Under the pieces are notes generated by a model, which saw only the letters and a list, made by a program, of their open reading frames with translations, was not told the origin of the DNA and ran no database searches. Made by a program: the position numbers and the translations under genes. A stretch of DNA of 62,004 nucleotides, filler included, from Globobulimina sp. (lineage: Eukaryota), in NCBI GenBank assembly GCA_003354225.1. It is 23 parts of 23 records of this genome, joined end to end, with 100 filler letters (N's around TTAATTAATTAA, not from the genome) between each part and the next. Parts side by side here need not be neighbours in the genome. Positions count along the whole stretch, not along the records: positions 45,914 to 48,512 come from PIVH01005801.1; positions 48,613 to 51,211 come from PIVH01005802.1; positions 51,312 to 53,910 come from PIVH01005803.1; positions 54,011 to 56,608 come from PIVH01005804.1; positions 56,709 to 59,306 come from PIVH01005805.1; 18 more parts are not named here. One strand, written 5' to 3'. This document shows positions 45,914-59,406 of the stretch, in pieces (positions within the stretch are counted from its first letter, which is position 1; the number at the start of each line of letters is the position of its first letter).

Positions 45914-48475
45914 TAATGCACCGCCAAGATATGCCTCATTATTATCCCAATTCACATCATAAAAGTCTAAACCACCCATATATGGATATCCATCATCCAT
46001 CATCTCATCATGGCCAAATTCGCGATAAAACGCACCCCCGCTACCATTGACCCCTCCAGTATTTGATATAAACGATACAGAATCCAGAATCATTCGAATA
46101 TAATCGTTATGTGATTCATCTGATTCTAATAATATAGCACCGCCATTTCCATATTCGATTTGATTATCTGCAAATGTGCTATCTGTAATCGTCATCATTT
46201 CATCTACAACTTTGTACAATTTCTTATATTTAAATTCATATTCACCACCACCTAATGATACTATTTTCGCACAATAGGTTCCAATTGAATTAAAATCATT
46301 AATTGTCATATTATTTCGGGTCGAATTTGGTGTTCCAATCAGCGACAAATCAATAAACGATGCAATTGCATCCAATGTACAATCTTCATCGTCAGTTTCA
46401 ATTAATATTCCTGTAAACGAAGAATCTGCCACATCTTCGAATTGCTGTAATTTTAACACCGTTCCTTTAAATTGTATACATACATATCGCGACACCTCAA
46501 ATATTGTATCCACAATAATATCGGATGCGGCATCATTTTGCAAATCTTCATTCCATTCACAAAAACCATAAACATATTTCATAGTGTCAGATGCATCCTG
46601 TTTTCTATTTGAATCCAATAAAAATTGAAATTTAAAATCTTGATCATTATCAAAAAAATATAATAAAACGGTATCTTCCTCCGTTTGATTACCAAGAAGT
46701 GGGGACGGCGTTGGCGAGATTGTTGGAAAGCCGCTTGGTGCCATGGTTGGATCCACTGAAAGAGGACTGGGTGTTGGTGCCACTGAAGTATTGCACTCAA
46801 ATGATATGGATATATTAATCATATCATTCATCGCCCTCTCTATAAATGCATTTGCTGAATCTGAATTTGAATTGATTCTACGCACCGGAATATGGATAAT
46901 TTTAGTACTGGGCGATGGCGTGGGCTCTAATGTTGGCGCTGCACTGGGTGCAAACGTTGGAAAATCCTCTGTTTGGATGATATCCGTAATTTCCACAGTG
47001 ATATCTTTCTTTTTTAAATCAGTGTTTTGCGCCAAAAGAGATCTTATTCCCTTGGATAACATTTTATAATAGAAATCAGAGCCAACCAAATATGTGTATT
47101 GGCTGCTTTTTTGTGCGATATCAACTCGAATTACAAATTGTAAGCCAGATAGTGTTTGTGTGGCTGGATTGAGAGTGACATCGGATTTTAATAATTTGCC
47201 CACTGCATATTCTAACTGGTTTGTTATTTGTTTTGTAATATTTACTTCCTCGTTCTCTGTCACTGTAAAATCGATTCTGGCGGTTATTTGAAGAATAGGT
47301 CGCGCATAAGATGGTTTTGGAAGAGATGTTGGTTTAGCTTCTGTATAATTTGCCGTATATAAAATAACACCACGAACATGTTGCTCTGCCAACTCGTTAA
47401 TTATATCCATATTTTCTGTACATTTTGGTTCGGTGATAATTACACTGACTGTATCTGCAACATTCACATCAGCGGTTTCATTGAAAATATCTGAGAGCGA
47501 CAGACATTCATTAAATGAGCCAAATACTGATATTGGTTTAGAATATAATTCATAAAATTGAGGACCTAATACGTATGGCTCTGAATGGAATGAATAGAAC
47601 ATATCATTATATTTATAATTAATATTAACTGCATTTGAATTACAAAGCTGCGAAGTATTGGTTATATTTGTGTCATTAACAGATCCTAATAATCTTCTTC
47701 GATTTGCTGTATTTCCATCTGCAGTGTCGTCATACATCGCTAATTTATCATCATCATAACTGGTATCTATATAAATCGACGCACCACCTTTTGCGGCATA
47801 ATTACGTGAAAAATTACATTGATTTATTTGTAAAATTTGAGTGGAGTCAATGCGATTTGGTTGTTTGTACATCACAAAACGCGCAATATCTCGCATAAAA
47901 AAACATGCACCATAACCATATTCGGCTTCATTATCTTGACATTCACTTTTTGTCATACTTAATGTCGAATGATCAATGAACATACCGCCACTTGTAAATG
48001 AATGTGTATTGCGAATGAGAGTCGAATCAATTTGTAAGCTCGAATGTAAAATATAAAGTAATCCCGAATCACCATTCGATGCGGAATGATCAAATCTTGA
48101 ATTATTTATCCAAACATTAATATTTAATCCAGCAATGATTGCCGCAGAAATATCTGCCATATTATTATCAAAGGTGCAATTCTCATACATTATGGACGAT
48201 GTATAGTTATTATTTGCGCGAAAGCTTGTAATTGCTCCAATTGCTGCTGAATTATCCTCGAAAATCGAGTTTGTAATTTGAATATTTACCGCAGAGTCAT
48301 AGTTATTCTTATTATCGATATCTATATAAATGGTACCAAATCCCATCAGTTCTTGTCCAGAAATTGCTACGTCTTCTTTTGAATGACTACTTTTTATCTC
48401 TATATTATCCATCTTGATATTAAACGTATTTTGTATCACATCAATTTCTTCTTTGTTTTGTATGACGCCATACAT
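45914..48475 (-). CDS. Large surface protein with pectin-lyase-like beta-helix (FxxN/GGAI) repeats and P/T stalks (partial)
   Basis: FEDNSA, FSRNYAAKGGASI, FADNQIEYGNGGAI, GSGGAF; PTFAPSAAPTLEPTPSPS; RRRLL. Confidence 0.75.
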
Positions 48476-48743
48476 TGTAAACTGGAAAGTAAATATTTGC
48501 GCCGCTTGGATANNNNNNNNNNNNNNNNNNNNNNNNNNNNNNNNNNNNNNNNNNNNTTAATTAATTAANNNNNNNNNNNNNNNNNNNNNNNNNNNNNNNN
48601 NNNNNNNNNNNNAAAAAAAAAAAAAAAAAAAAAAAAAAAAACACACAAAAACACACACACAAAAAAAACAACAAAAAAAAACGCAGAAACAATGCGCTGT
48701 GGCCAAAGCATGATTTAAAGTTGTGTTGAACTACTATTATATT

Positions 48744-51211
48744 TTAGGGAACTTCATCCTCCCCGCGTTTTGGTAATGGAGTCATATTAATACTATAGTT
48801 GATAGATGATTTTTTATCCAATTCTATCTCCACTTCATCATCTTCGTCATCAATAACCGGTGGCACTTCTACAGATTTATTACTCCCAGTCCCGGTGCCA
48901 GATATTACACCGGATTGTGTCTCCTGTGTCTGTATGGTTAACCTCCCATTGCTGTATGGTGTAGTTGAGGTATTTGAGCGAATCGTAGTTGCTTTTTTCC
49001 ACCATTCTTCATCCACACCCATTTTTCTTAATTTTGCAACAATTCTGTCTTCCATTTTTTGTTGCGCAGATTGACTGTATTTCTCTTCTGCATTACCACG
49101 TAATAACGCATACAATCGAGGTAACATATTTAGCGTTGCAGTTACATTGCCGACGGATAGTGTCAAAAGTCCAATTATTGCATAGAAATATGATGGATGT
49201 TCGCTATAAATAAGACCTAACGGAACGCTCACGCATAGTGTTAAAATTAGGAAACCAATGGCTAATAACTGCTGAGTTGTCTCGTCAAATTGAGATAATT
49301 CTTTACGACCCACTCGCGAGACACTCAGAGCACAGTAAATACCAAATAGAGTCTCGATACATTTCCTACATATTACAATGGAGCAACATTCAGTCGTGTT
49401 TCCGGCCGGAAATATATAGTAAACAACTGAAGCGTTTCTCAAATTGATCAAATACAAAATATAAAGTACTCAAAAAGCAGCTGCAGTTAAAGTGCTCTTT
49501 GAGTACTACCTAGCTCCAATCGTATAGATATAACATACCATAAAGTAATGAGTCCATAAAATATATAATGATTTCCGAGTGTAGTTGTACATGATCCAGA
49601 CACATATTGTATTCTTTGTAATTCATCCACTTGCTCAAAACTACCAGACACATATATTCGTTGTAATGGTTCGATTGCAGTGTACAAAGTCAACAATACT
49701 AAATCAGCCATTACACAAATTAAAATGCCATACAATAAATGTTGATCCTTCAAATGTTTTTTATCCTTCAAAATCTCACTAAATATCCGCGATAATCGAT
49801 ACGTTTTAGCAAATAACGGCATAAATAACAGCGTGTATGAAATAATCCACATCCATAATCTAAAATTGCATAGAAATGAAAACATTGGACCAGCTTTCAC
49901 TGAATGTTCATCGATACCATACAAAATCATTGCAATATAGCCACACAAACAGCCGAGACACATTACCAAGTTTATCTTCCACGATGCTGCACGCAACACA
50001 CTGGTATCATGATAGCCCCACGTCAACGTTGCGTACGAAACTATTACAAGTATAGACAACACACTCAACACATATATTGGTATCAATGTTGCTTGCGAAA
50101 TATCCACAATCTCCATTGTAGTGATAATGCCTGATTGTGGAATAATTCCTCTCTCTGAAAAATATGTTGGCCACACAATCTCATCATATTCTACAGACAA
50201 CGCCAATTCATCATCATTTTGATAAAAATATCCAAAATATTTAACTTCTCCATTTTGCAATGCATTACCAAACGCATATAACCCTTCAGCTCTATCACCA
50301 TTTTTGTCAAAAATCACCCGACCCGACGCACCTACAAAATCAATTTGATCCACTATTATCTCATTCAATTTTGTAATGTTTATATCAACACTCTTCGATA
50401 TAACATTACCATCATCGATATAAACCTGCAACGCCTTGGCTAAGGTATACATTGCATCATATCCATAGATAGCTGTACTGGAAGGTATTTCAACATACAA
50501 TCGATCCGAATATCCATTGTCATAATAAGCGGACCATAATGATAATACTTTATTGTATATATGCATTGATTCATTGATGACTGGACGTATAATATCATCG
50601 TAAGTATCCAATGGCATAGCTAATGTTTGCCATGGTACTGTACCAATGGAGCCTGAAGAATATCTGGTCACATTTGCTGATCCTATACTGCCAGCATCTA
50701 ACCACGCATCTACACCAATATAGTAATAGGGATAACCAGTCAAGCCTTGTGCAGAAAAGGCCTCAAATGCAGTATCTAAGACCGTGTCATGCACAATAAA
50801 GATGATTATGAATGTATTTAACTGTGCCACTTGATATGCAGCAGATGTTAATGTCCCTGGCTCGTCACTGGAGAATGCAACACCGGTCGCTTCTATTCCA
50901 TACTCCAAGGCCAAGTCAGTAATACCAATGGATAGATATAAACCATATGCATCATTGACATAGACCACTGCGATTTTGGTCCAACTGAATTCGCGACATA
51001 ATAATATTATTCCTTGCGCTTGCAAGGCATCTGAGGGAATGGTGCGGTAAAAGTATGGGTATTTTGAAGTGTCTGCTAATGAAATACTGGTTGCACCGCT
51101 GGAGATTTGACCCATTTTAAAAGCACCAAAAGCTGGCGATGTCACAGTGGATAATGACGACCATGGACAGCCCAAAATGATTGGGAAATGGGTGTGGTTT
51201 CGTTCGCCTTC
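48744..51211 (-). CDS. Class C (GABA-B-like) GPCR with Venus-flytrap domain (5' truncated, 2 exons)
   Basis: QISSGATSISLAD..KYPYFYRTIPSD, YGYDAMY, FVGASGRVIFDKNGDR, 7TM with AKTYRL. Intron 49366-49538 joins TLW|KCIE. Confidence 0.9.
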
Positions 51212-52301
51212 NNNNNNNNNNNNNNNNNNNNNNNNNNNNNNNNNNNNNNNNNNNNTTAATTAATTAANNNNNNNNNNNNNNNNNNNNNNNNNNNNNNNNN
51301 NNNNNNNNNNNGCTTATGGTTTCATTTAATTTGTTTAAAAATGTTGAACTAAATAAATACATTGGCAAGCTAGAAAACATCATCCTCATCCATCATGACA
51401 ACTCAATGGCAAGTTTAAAGTTTTGAGTGGCTCGTATCGATCCTGTATTTAACAATGTAAAATGGAGCCACTTGATTTGATTTGATTTTATTTTATTGTA
51501 CATGGATCAATGCAATGTATTGGATGCATGGATCATTTTAATTTTATAATGAATTGAATCAATTGCAAATATATTATATCAGAATTGTTTGACCAATATA
51601 TCGCATATATCCTTGTCATTCTCATTCTCATTCTCATTCTTATTCTAATTGCAATACAATAATTAATAAAATATATCCGAATTGAATTGAATTGAATTTA
51701 ATGTTTTGTTTTGTTGCAATTAGCTGTTCGATCTGTTTTGTAATCAATTGTATTGTATTAAACTGCAATATTCATCTCATCTCATCTCATCTCATCTGTA
51801 CCTTCTTTTTACCTGTTTACCATTATATATAATGTTTTTACCAAATTACTGCAAAATGCAAGATGTCACCAAGATAATTTAACATATTCTCAGTAATGAT
51901 CAGATGGAATTTGCATTTTCCAATTGATTATTTTTTCCATTCCAAATCCAATTGGATCTAATTTATTTAATATAACACCGAAAAACCTTTATTGGTTTAT
52001 TTTGGTGTGTTGTGTTTGCATATTCTTTTCCAATAATTATACATTCCGCAACAATTATTCATATTTTCAATTAAAGCAAACTGTCGTGTGGTTGTGCTTT
52101 ATAACATACATTCGAATATTTAACAAAGACCCTGTAGATACCATGTGTTCCATTTGAGTGATTTCTCTGTTTGTAATATTAGCTTTGGTTCTATTTTCAC
52201 GCATTCAATTCAGTCATATATCTTTGTTTTACGGTGGACATTGTTTGTTTGTTTACGTACTTTTAAAGTCAGAAAAGTTTTGAACTGCATTGACCAAAAC
52301 C

Positions 52302-53507
52302 ATGGGTTCATCACTGCCAAGACCTATTGATTTGCATCATACAACAATCAGTAAAGCAAGCACCTATTCTAAAAGCCTTACGGCCCTTACCCCATTAAAA
52401 AATCATTACAATATAAATGAAAGCAAATTAATCAACGCATTTATCATTGACTTCGAACGTGAATATCCAATGCTATTCCCATTTGATATCATCCCGATAA
52501 TAATTTACTATTACAACAAAATAACCGAATCTAAATGGTTTGAAATCAGCAAACTACTCTCATTAAACGACTTTTCATTGAAAAAAATGAAAAAGTATTC
52601 ATTTGGCACAACATTTCAAGCCGAATTAAAATCAAATTCCACAATGTATACATTACAAATTTTTAAAAAACGCGATTTAAAAATATCTACGTATTCATCA
52701 AGAAAACTAATCTCAACCATCGACCATCCATTTATATGGTGCTTAAGAAACGCTTTTGAAACAAAAACAAAATTATTTCTTGTACGTGATCGTGGTTCGT
52801 TTTGTGCTAAAAATTTGTTTTCTTTTCTTGCAGAAAACCACAAAGGAAAATTTACTGAGTCGATGGCACGATTTTACACTGCGGAAATTTGTTTAGCCAT
52901 AGAACACATTCATTCGTTGAATGTGGTGTATTTAGACTTATGTCCATCAAATATTTTGCTCACCGCAGATGGGCATATTTTGATTACAGATATTGATATC
53001 TCAATGAGTGACAATCGTTATTTATCACATTGCTATGATAAAAATCCACTGTACATAGCCCCTGAGATCCTGAAAGCAAAATATTGTTATTATACCAAAA
53101 TGGCAGATTGGTGGAATGTTGGCATGATTTTATATGAAATGTTTTATGGTTTACCGCCATTTTATGATAAGGATTTGAGCAAAATGTATCAAAACATATT
53201 GTGTGAAGAAGTGATATATTATAGTCACTATCTGAGCAATGCAGCAATTAATATTTTATCAAAATTATTACGAAAAGAAGCAAGTCAAAGGATTGGGTTT
53301 GAACAAATTAAAAAGGAGAGATTTTTTGAATGTATTAATTGGGAAAAATTGTATCGGAAAGAAATGATACCTCCATTTATTACACGTTCTGGCACAGTTT
53401 ATGGCCATACGCGGCGTTATAAGGACGAAGGAAATTATTCGTTTCCAGAAAATTATGAGTGTTATGAGAGACGGTCGAGCAGTTCTTGCGCTTTGCTTGC
53501 TGAGTAA
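52302..53507 (+). CDS. AGC-family (Akt/SGK/S6K-like) kinase, probably catalytically impaired
   Basis: HPFI..LRNAFET, ARFYTAEI, YIAPEIL, DWWNVG, GLPPFYD, INWEKL...PPF are present. VAIK is YTLQI, HRD is YLD, DFG is DID, and the G-loop is degenerate. Confidence 0.85.
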   Translation: MGSSLPRPIDLHHTTISKASTYSKSLTALTPLKNHYNINESKLINAFIIDFEREYPMLFPFDIIPIIIYYYNKITESKWFEISKLLSLNDFSLKKMKKYSFGTTFQAELKSNSTMYTLQIFKKRDLKISTYSSRKLISTIDHPFIWCLRNAFETKTKLFLVRDRGSFCAKNLFSFLAENHKGKFTESMARFYTAEICLAIEHIHSLNVVYLDLCPSNILLTADGHILITDIDISMSDNRYLSHCYDKNPLYIAPEILKAKYCYYTKMADWWNVGMILYEMFYGLPPFYDKDLSKMYQNILCEEVIYYSHYLSNAAINILSKLLRKEASQRIGFEQIKKERFFECINWEKLYRKEMIPPFITRSGTVYGHTRRYKDEGNYSFPENYECYERRSSSSCALLAE

Positions 53508-54010
53508 AAGTAATTATATTAATATAAGTTTTAGTATTTTTTTTTCTTACTAATTATATAATAGCTAGTTTATATTCGTTTGTGTTTTCGTTAAATTGTT
53601 TTTTCTTTTGTAGTGTGCAGATATAGTTTCTATTTATTAGTATTTAGTTAGCTTACAAGTAGTTAGTTTACTTTATTAAATGAGATCGATCTTAGATCTA
53701 CACCTTTTTTGCCTACTGTATTCCACAAAAAATATTTATCTGTTTATTATAAAAACAACGATATTACCATCCGTCAAAAACGATAAAAACAGATTAGGTC
53801 CACGACAAAAACGATAACTGTATGCTTATCGGACATCAGACCATTGGTAATTGGATTGAATGGCAATTGAATACTGCAAGGGAAATAAATTAAATAAACA
53901 CAAAGGAATGNNNNNNNNNNNNNNNNNNNNNNNNNNNNNNNNNNNNNNNNNNNNTTAATTAATTAANNNNNNNNNNNNNNNNNNNNNNNNNNNNNNNNNN
54001 NNNNNNNNNN

Positions 54011-56608
54011 GACTGCATTTGATAAATATTATATTATCTCGTAAAGACTTAGAATATATATTTTCATTGGCATTGTGTGATAAATCCGAGAAATCGGAGA
54101 AATCATTAAATAAATTAAGTGCATTTGGTGTAACACTATCGACATTACAGAGATGTCGAGATGTTATTTGTGATTTATCCGATTTAATTGGAATGGAGTT
54201 AGTATTATATAAACCATCGGAAAACAGTCATTTTTCAGAATTATCATTGCAAGAAATTGAATTATGTGATCGCGAATGGTTAATCTGTTGGTTATTATCA
54301 TTTGAAGAGAAGTTATCGTGGCTTCCTGTGTCTACATTACCGGATCCATCAATTATTCAGCATACAAAACAATGTTCAACAGAATCTGTCAGGCATTTAT
54401 TTGCCAAACCACGCATATTTTCATGCGTATTGTATAGCAAATTAATAATTCAAATGCTATTGCAATATGAAAAAAACATAAAAAATGAAAGAAATCCACA
54501 ACAACTTAAACACAAAAAAATATTTGTAATCCCACAGACATTCGTGGATAATATTATTATGCACGCAGCTGATCCAAATAACTCATCATTATATTTTAAA
54601 CAATGTCCAGTTGCTATTCGAAGTCGTGTGATTGGATATTTTGTAAACATATTAAATGATAGAATGTCCATTTATAATTATCATGCGGTGAGATATTTAG
54701 ATAATGGATTGCGATCATTTGTGTCTTCATTATTTACAAATCATAGTAAAGATAAAGATATTCAAACCATAATTGATAATATTCAAACCATGCAATCGGT
54801 GTTTGTTATGTTTCCGGATTTTATTCCAATTTCATTTATAAGATTTATAATTGCAGAGAGTACAAAATGCAGAGAGAAAATTTCTAATTTAACAGGTCAA
54901 GCCGATGGAAAACAAATTATTAAAGAACTACGATTATTACATCACTTATTACGACCAATTCATTGCATTGCATTAAATATAACCTGTGAATACAAGACAC
55001 CCTCATATGATACAGATAATATATGTAATAAAACAAGCACAAACTATCCAACATCCATCATATGGGATAAACATCGCGAATTATTGGTTGGCACCTTATT
55101 TGAATTATTTTTGTATGTAAATGGCAGTTTTGAATCATATTTACAACAAATGGAAGAAAAGGAAGAGATTGAAGAGAATAATGATATATATTTCTGGTTT
55201 TCTAGTTGTTTAACCGTAATATCGCATGCTTTGATTGGAATGAATTCTGAAGGTGAAAAGGACGTATTTTTTGAATTAGATTGGAGTTCGTTTATATTTG
55301 TTTCCAATTTTGTAATGAATCATATATTGCACGAAAGGAGCGAATTTACACTCTGTTTACATTCATATTTATCTCAATTTTATCAATTTTTATTAATTTA
55401 TTCCAAACCAAATATAAACCATAATGCGAAGAATGAGAATAATGAGAATGATATCACTATTTTAAATAATATTGATCAAGAATATCGATATAATATGATG
55501 ACATTATGGCATTGTATGGCAGTGTTAAGACAAATTGCATTGCGATCAACGGATTTATCGGGACGCAAAAATTTAAAAACAAAGAAAAATAAATCATTTA
55601 TATTTGAATCGTTAGAATTATTAACTGAAATACTTGGAAATGAGATATGGCGAAATATATTATCATCAGAAGCGTTGGCATCTCCATTTCATAAGTTATC
55701 ATTAAAAGAATTAGGCGCCGAACAATCAATTTCATCACAAACACAATCACAATTCATGCTTCATAGTGGTTTTATGGCTAAATCATTATCCGGCATTGAA
55801 GAGGCACAAAATCAAATCTCTTACGTTAATATGACACCCAGTTATCAGATACATGCGATTTTGGATGAACTGTATCATTCAATTAACGATTTATTAAATC
55901 ATCCAATTATTATGTCTGACAATAATAAGCTTCACATAAATAAATCATTATCGAGCATACTGGAAACATGGCATTATCAATTATTTGACGCATTGGGATC
56001 GTCACATCATCAAATTGTAGCATCTGCCTTCCGTATATTATCCATATCGACGCCATTTCATGTCTTACAAAATATACATTTATTTAAACAAAGTACAATT
56101 GCAATAAAAGATGATCTTAAACAAAACGAATATTCAGATTCAGATGTGGATGATGGTGACGATGAAGTATCGGTAGTATCAAGTACATCATATGCCGCAT
56201 CAGTCGCATTTTCTATGAGTGATCAATATACAAATAATAAAAATAAAAATACAAATAAGAGAATTCATAGCATAATCAATAGGATAATACCAATAATGTA
56301 TTTATTACCGCATAATACGCGGTCATTGACGGCGTCACATGAATTGCGGTCATATTTTCTGTCATGGTATTTATTTATGAATATGATTGAACAGTGTCCA
56401 TTAGAATTTCGGTTAGAGATTGTATCCGTAATGAAACATGACAATAAATATACATCGCCACTGGGCTCGTATTCATTGGCATTACGTGAAATAATTGAAC
56501 ATGTTTATATTGCCCCATCGTTGCAATTGTTAATGGATGATTTTATAAATAAATTTTGCATTATTGGCAGTCCAAATAAATTTCCATTTGATTTGGATGA
56601 TTTTTGTA
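54011..56608 (+). CDS. Large helical-repeat protein, possibly listerin/LTN1-like (partial)
   Basis: ORF spans the whole contig. LFDALGSSHHQIVASAFRIL, an acidic tract and LRSYFLSWYLF...FRLEI resemble the listerin region preceding RWD/RING. Confidence 0.5.
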
Positions 56609-56708
56609 NNNNNNNNNNNNNNNNNNNNNNNNNNNNNNNNNNNNNNNNNNNNTTAATTAATTAANNNNNNNNNNNNNNNNNNNNNNNNNNNNNNNNNNNN
56701 NNNNNNNN

Positions 56709-57367
56709 TATCCCTCCATCTGTTTTAATTTTAATATTTTTGAAATAAATATCATTAAAAATTGTACCTTCAAAGAATTGTATTAATACATTCTCTCCGC
56801 ATCCTATGATTTGCAAAGATTTATCAAAATGAAAATCATGATCCGGATTACAATATTTTCCATCATAAATTAATATTTTATCACCAGATTTTGCCGCATT
56901 GATTGCATCTTTTAAATTACTAATTGGTCCTTTATATTTCAATTCAATTTCTTTAGCATTTAATTTCCTTCGTTTTTTATCGACAACCCAAGTCTCATTC
57001 TTTTCATTTTCATTTTTCGTTTTTTTTTGTATTGTTGCTTAAATTCTTGTTCTCTTTCTTTTGATTGTATCATTTTATTTTTTTTATAACATTTATGGAA
57101 TGTATTACTAACTGCTTTAATATTTGATAAATTATCAAAAGATGTAATATGTTGAATAACATCCATTGGTAATATTGTTTCAATTGATAAAGATGAATAA
57201 AATATATTTGATGTGTCATTTAATGCTATGGTTTCCATTTGACTTTTTATTATATTTTTAATTATTTCCAATTCCATCAATTGTAACATTGGAATAAGAT
57301 CATTGACCGATGTTGCTTTATCAATTCGTTGATATATCAGATTTTTATGATACTCTGTGCCTGCCAT
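56709..57367 (-). CDS. F-box-like plus right-handed beta-helix protein, frameshifted in an A-run (3' truncated)
   Basis: ILPMDVIQHITSF..IKAVSNTF; after a frame change near 57020: ETWVVD...LKDAINAAKSGDKILIYDGKY. Confidence 0.6.
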
Positions 57368-57470
57368 CTGTCAAAAAAGATTTTGTCAGACAGTTTTATA
57401 TTCGAGTTGTACAGCATGCTACGTACTATCAAGGTTCTGATTCAGCAGCTTGACATTTAAAAATTAGGTC

Positions 57471-57566
57471 AACAATGGACAAGTAGATGCTGCCAATATA
57501 TTTGCACGTGGTCATTATACTGTTGGCAAAGAAATAATTGATACGGTAAATGATCATGCAAATTAA
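57471..57566 (+). pseudogene. Isolated alpha-tubulin fragment
   Basis: Translates [31 protein letters not shown], compared with canonical [22 protein letters not shown]. There is no room for the rest of the gene. Confidence 0.8.
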
Positions 57567-57581
57567 AAAAAACAGTCACTA

Positions 57582-58523
57582 TTAACTCATATCCCAAGTT
57601 CCTGAAAAGTAATTAAATGCCCATTTTTTTGATTGTAATGCCTTTTCTAATTCATTTTTTGTAGACTTATTAAATAATTTCTTTTCATATTGAATCAACT
57701 CTTGATAGAACCCTGCATTTGGTGCTGTTCTCGGTCTACTTTTCTTTGTATACAAATATGCCTCAACTAATGAATACCTTTCTGTTTTCATCAAATATGA
57801 GATTATTATTGAAACGGATCTGCTCTGTCCTTGCATACAATGAACAAATACTGCATTTTGCTTGTTTTCTTTTAATGTTTTGTTGATAAATGCATTTGCT
57901 TCATCAAAATAAGTGGATATCGATGCAGTGGAATCATCTTCAATTCCAATTTGAAGATATTCTATTTTTGCTTTAATATTTTTATCTAAGTCAGCTTGAA
58001 TATTAATGTTAGATACATTTATAATATGTGTAATATTTAAATGTTTTATAACATTTTTATTTGTGGCCATATGAATGTCACCTAAATACAATTTATCTTC
58101 AATTACCATTGATGGGTAAATAATTGCCTCTGTCTCTTCATAACACACCAATGGTTCGCACAAAAATTTATATTTTTCGTAAAATTGGCTGTAATCTCCT
58201 TTAAATACAGCAAATCGTTTCTCTTTATTCTGTGTTTTAGCAATTTGGAATAAATGATCACATAAATGTTTTGTCATAATGTTGGAATCGGCATAAATAA
58301 CAATTGGAAGATCATAATCTTCGGAGAATTTATCGAATTTTACTAAATCCGGAATATTTATTGCATCTTCAATATGATGCAGTTTATATTTATTTGGGAC
58401 CCTTAGGTCATATAAATCAATGCTTTGTTGCTGCAAATTGTACAATTCACGTAAAGACACGATTTCATATTCGGCAGAGTCATTATCCGGTTCTTTTTTC
58501 TCGTCTTCAAGCAATACTTCCAT
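57582..58523 (-). CDS. MAPK-phosphatase-like dual-specificity phosphatase with rhodanese domain
   Basis: YDLR...HHIEDAINIP; LYLGD; VFVHCMQGQSRS; APNAGFYQEL. Confidence 0.92.
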   Translation of the reverse strand: MEVLLEDEKKEPDNDSAEYEIVSLRELYNLQQQSIDLYDLRVPNKYKLHHIEDAINIPDLVKFDKFSEDYDLPIVIYADSNIMTKHLCDHLFQIAKTQNKEKRFAVFKGDYSQFYEKYKFLCEPLVCYEETEAIIYPSMVIEDKLYLGDIHMATNKNVIKHLNITHIINVSNINIQADLDKNIKAKIEYLQIGIEDDSTASISTYFDEANAFINKTLKENKQNAVFVHCMQGQSRSVSIIISYLMKTERYSLVEAYLYTKKSRPRTAPNAGFYQELIQYEKKLFNKSTKNELEKALQSKKWAFNYFSGTWDMS

Positions 58524-58577
58524 GATCAAGCTAGATTTTACATTTAGAGTTGACAGTTTTTTTGTAGTAGCGTAATT

Positions 58578-59294
58578 ATGGCAGCAGAAACGAAATCAAA
58601 TGCTTCCAACACACTGATCATTGACATCACATCAGATTTTGCATGCCCATGGTGCTATGTTGGTTACATGCGGTTCAACAATGCATTACGCGCAGTGCAA
58701 GCAAAAAAGCAGATTCGTATATTTTCTAACTTGCAAATCAATTGGCATCCATACATGATTGATGTGCAAACAAATAAAAATGGGGAACCTTTTTTAGATT
58801 ACAATCAAAGAAGATGGGGCTCAGACGGTTGGTTCACCAATGGATGCAAAGTAGACTCACAAAAAGATGGAGCCAAATTCGCCGGATTTGGACGGGAAAA
58901 TCCCAAAAGTCATTGGGCCAATACAATGAATGCACATTGCTTTATGTGGTTCTTCTCAAACATGAATAAAATAAACAAGACTGGAATTACGGGGCTTGAT
59001 GTTCTCGAATCCTCTTTCAATTTAACTCAAAATCAATTGAAAGGAATTATACTCAAATTTTACTATGAACGCGGTGCAAATATATCATTAACGGAGAATT
59101 TAGTTAAATTGGCTCAGGAGTTAGGAATGGATAATGTAAAAAAGACAGAGAATATAGATTTTATTGGCTTTTTAAAGGATGGAAAAGCAAAGAAGGAGGT
59201 TATGAGTGAGGATAAAAAAGCGAAACAACGGGGAATTAAAGGTGTTCCATATTTTGTGATAACTATAACTACATCGGGAGAGACATCGGGATAG
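58578..59294 (+). CDS. DsbA-family FrnE-like thioredoxin-fold protein
   Basis: ITSDFACPWCYVG and GIKGVPYFVI. Confidence 0.88.
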   Translation: MAAETKSNASNTLIIDITSDFACPWCYVGYMRFNNALRAVQAKKQIRIFSNLQINWHPYMIDVQTNKNGEPFLDYNQRRWGSDGWFTNGCKVDSQKDGAKFAGFGRENPKSHWANTMNAHCFMWFFSNMNKINKTGITGLDVLESSFNLTQNQLKGIILKFYYERGANISLTENLVKLAQELGMDNVKKTENIDFIGFLKDGKAKKEVMSEDKKAKQRGIKGVPYFVITITTSGETSG

Positions 59295-59406
59295 GAATCA
59301 ACACTANNNNNNNNNNNNNNNNNNNNNNNNNNNNNNNNNNNNNNNNNNNNTTAATTAATTAANNNNNNNNNNNNNNNNNNNNNNNNNNNNNNNNNNNNNN
59401 NNNNNN

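Noticed and set aside
51312-51960. Pentamer/hexamer microsatellites (ATTCTC, AATTG, CATCT)
   Set aside because: Ordinary low-complexity DNA; no coherent gene or element could be supported.
57005-57035. Programmed frameshift in the F-box gene
   Set aside because: The shift lies in an A homopolymer; a sequencing error or slippage mutation is more likely.
2603-59406. TTAATTAATTAA recurring every ~2.7 kb, resembling a regularly spaced array
   Set aside because: It is always embedded in N runs; it is an artificial joiner for size-sorted contigs.
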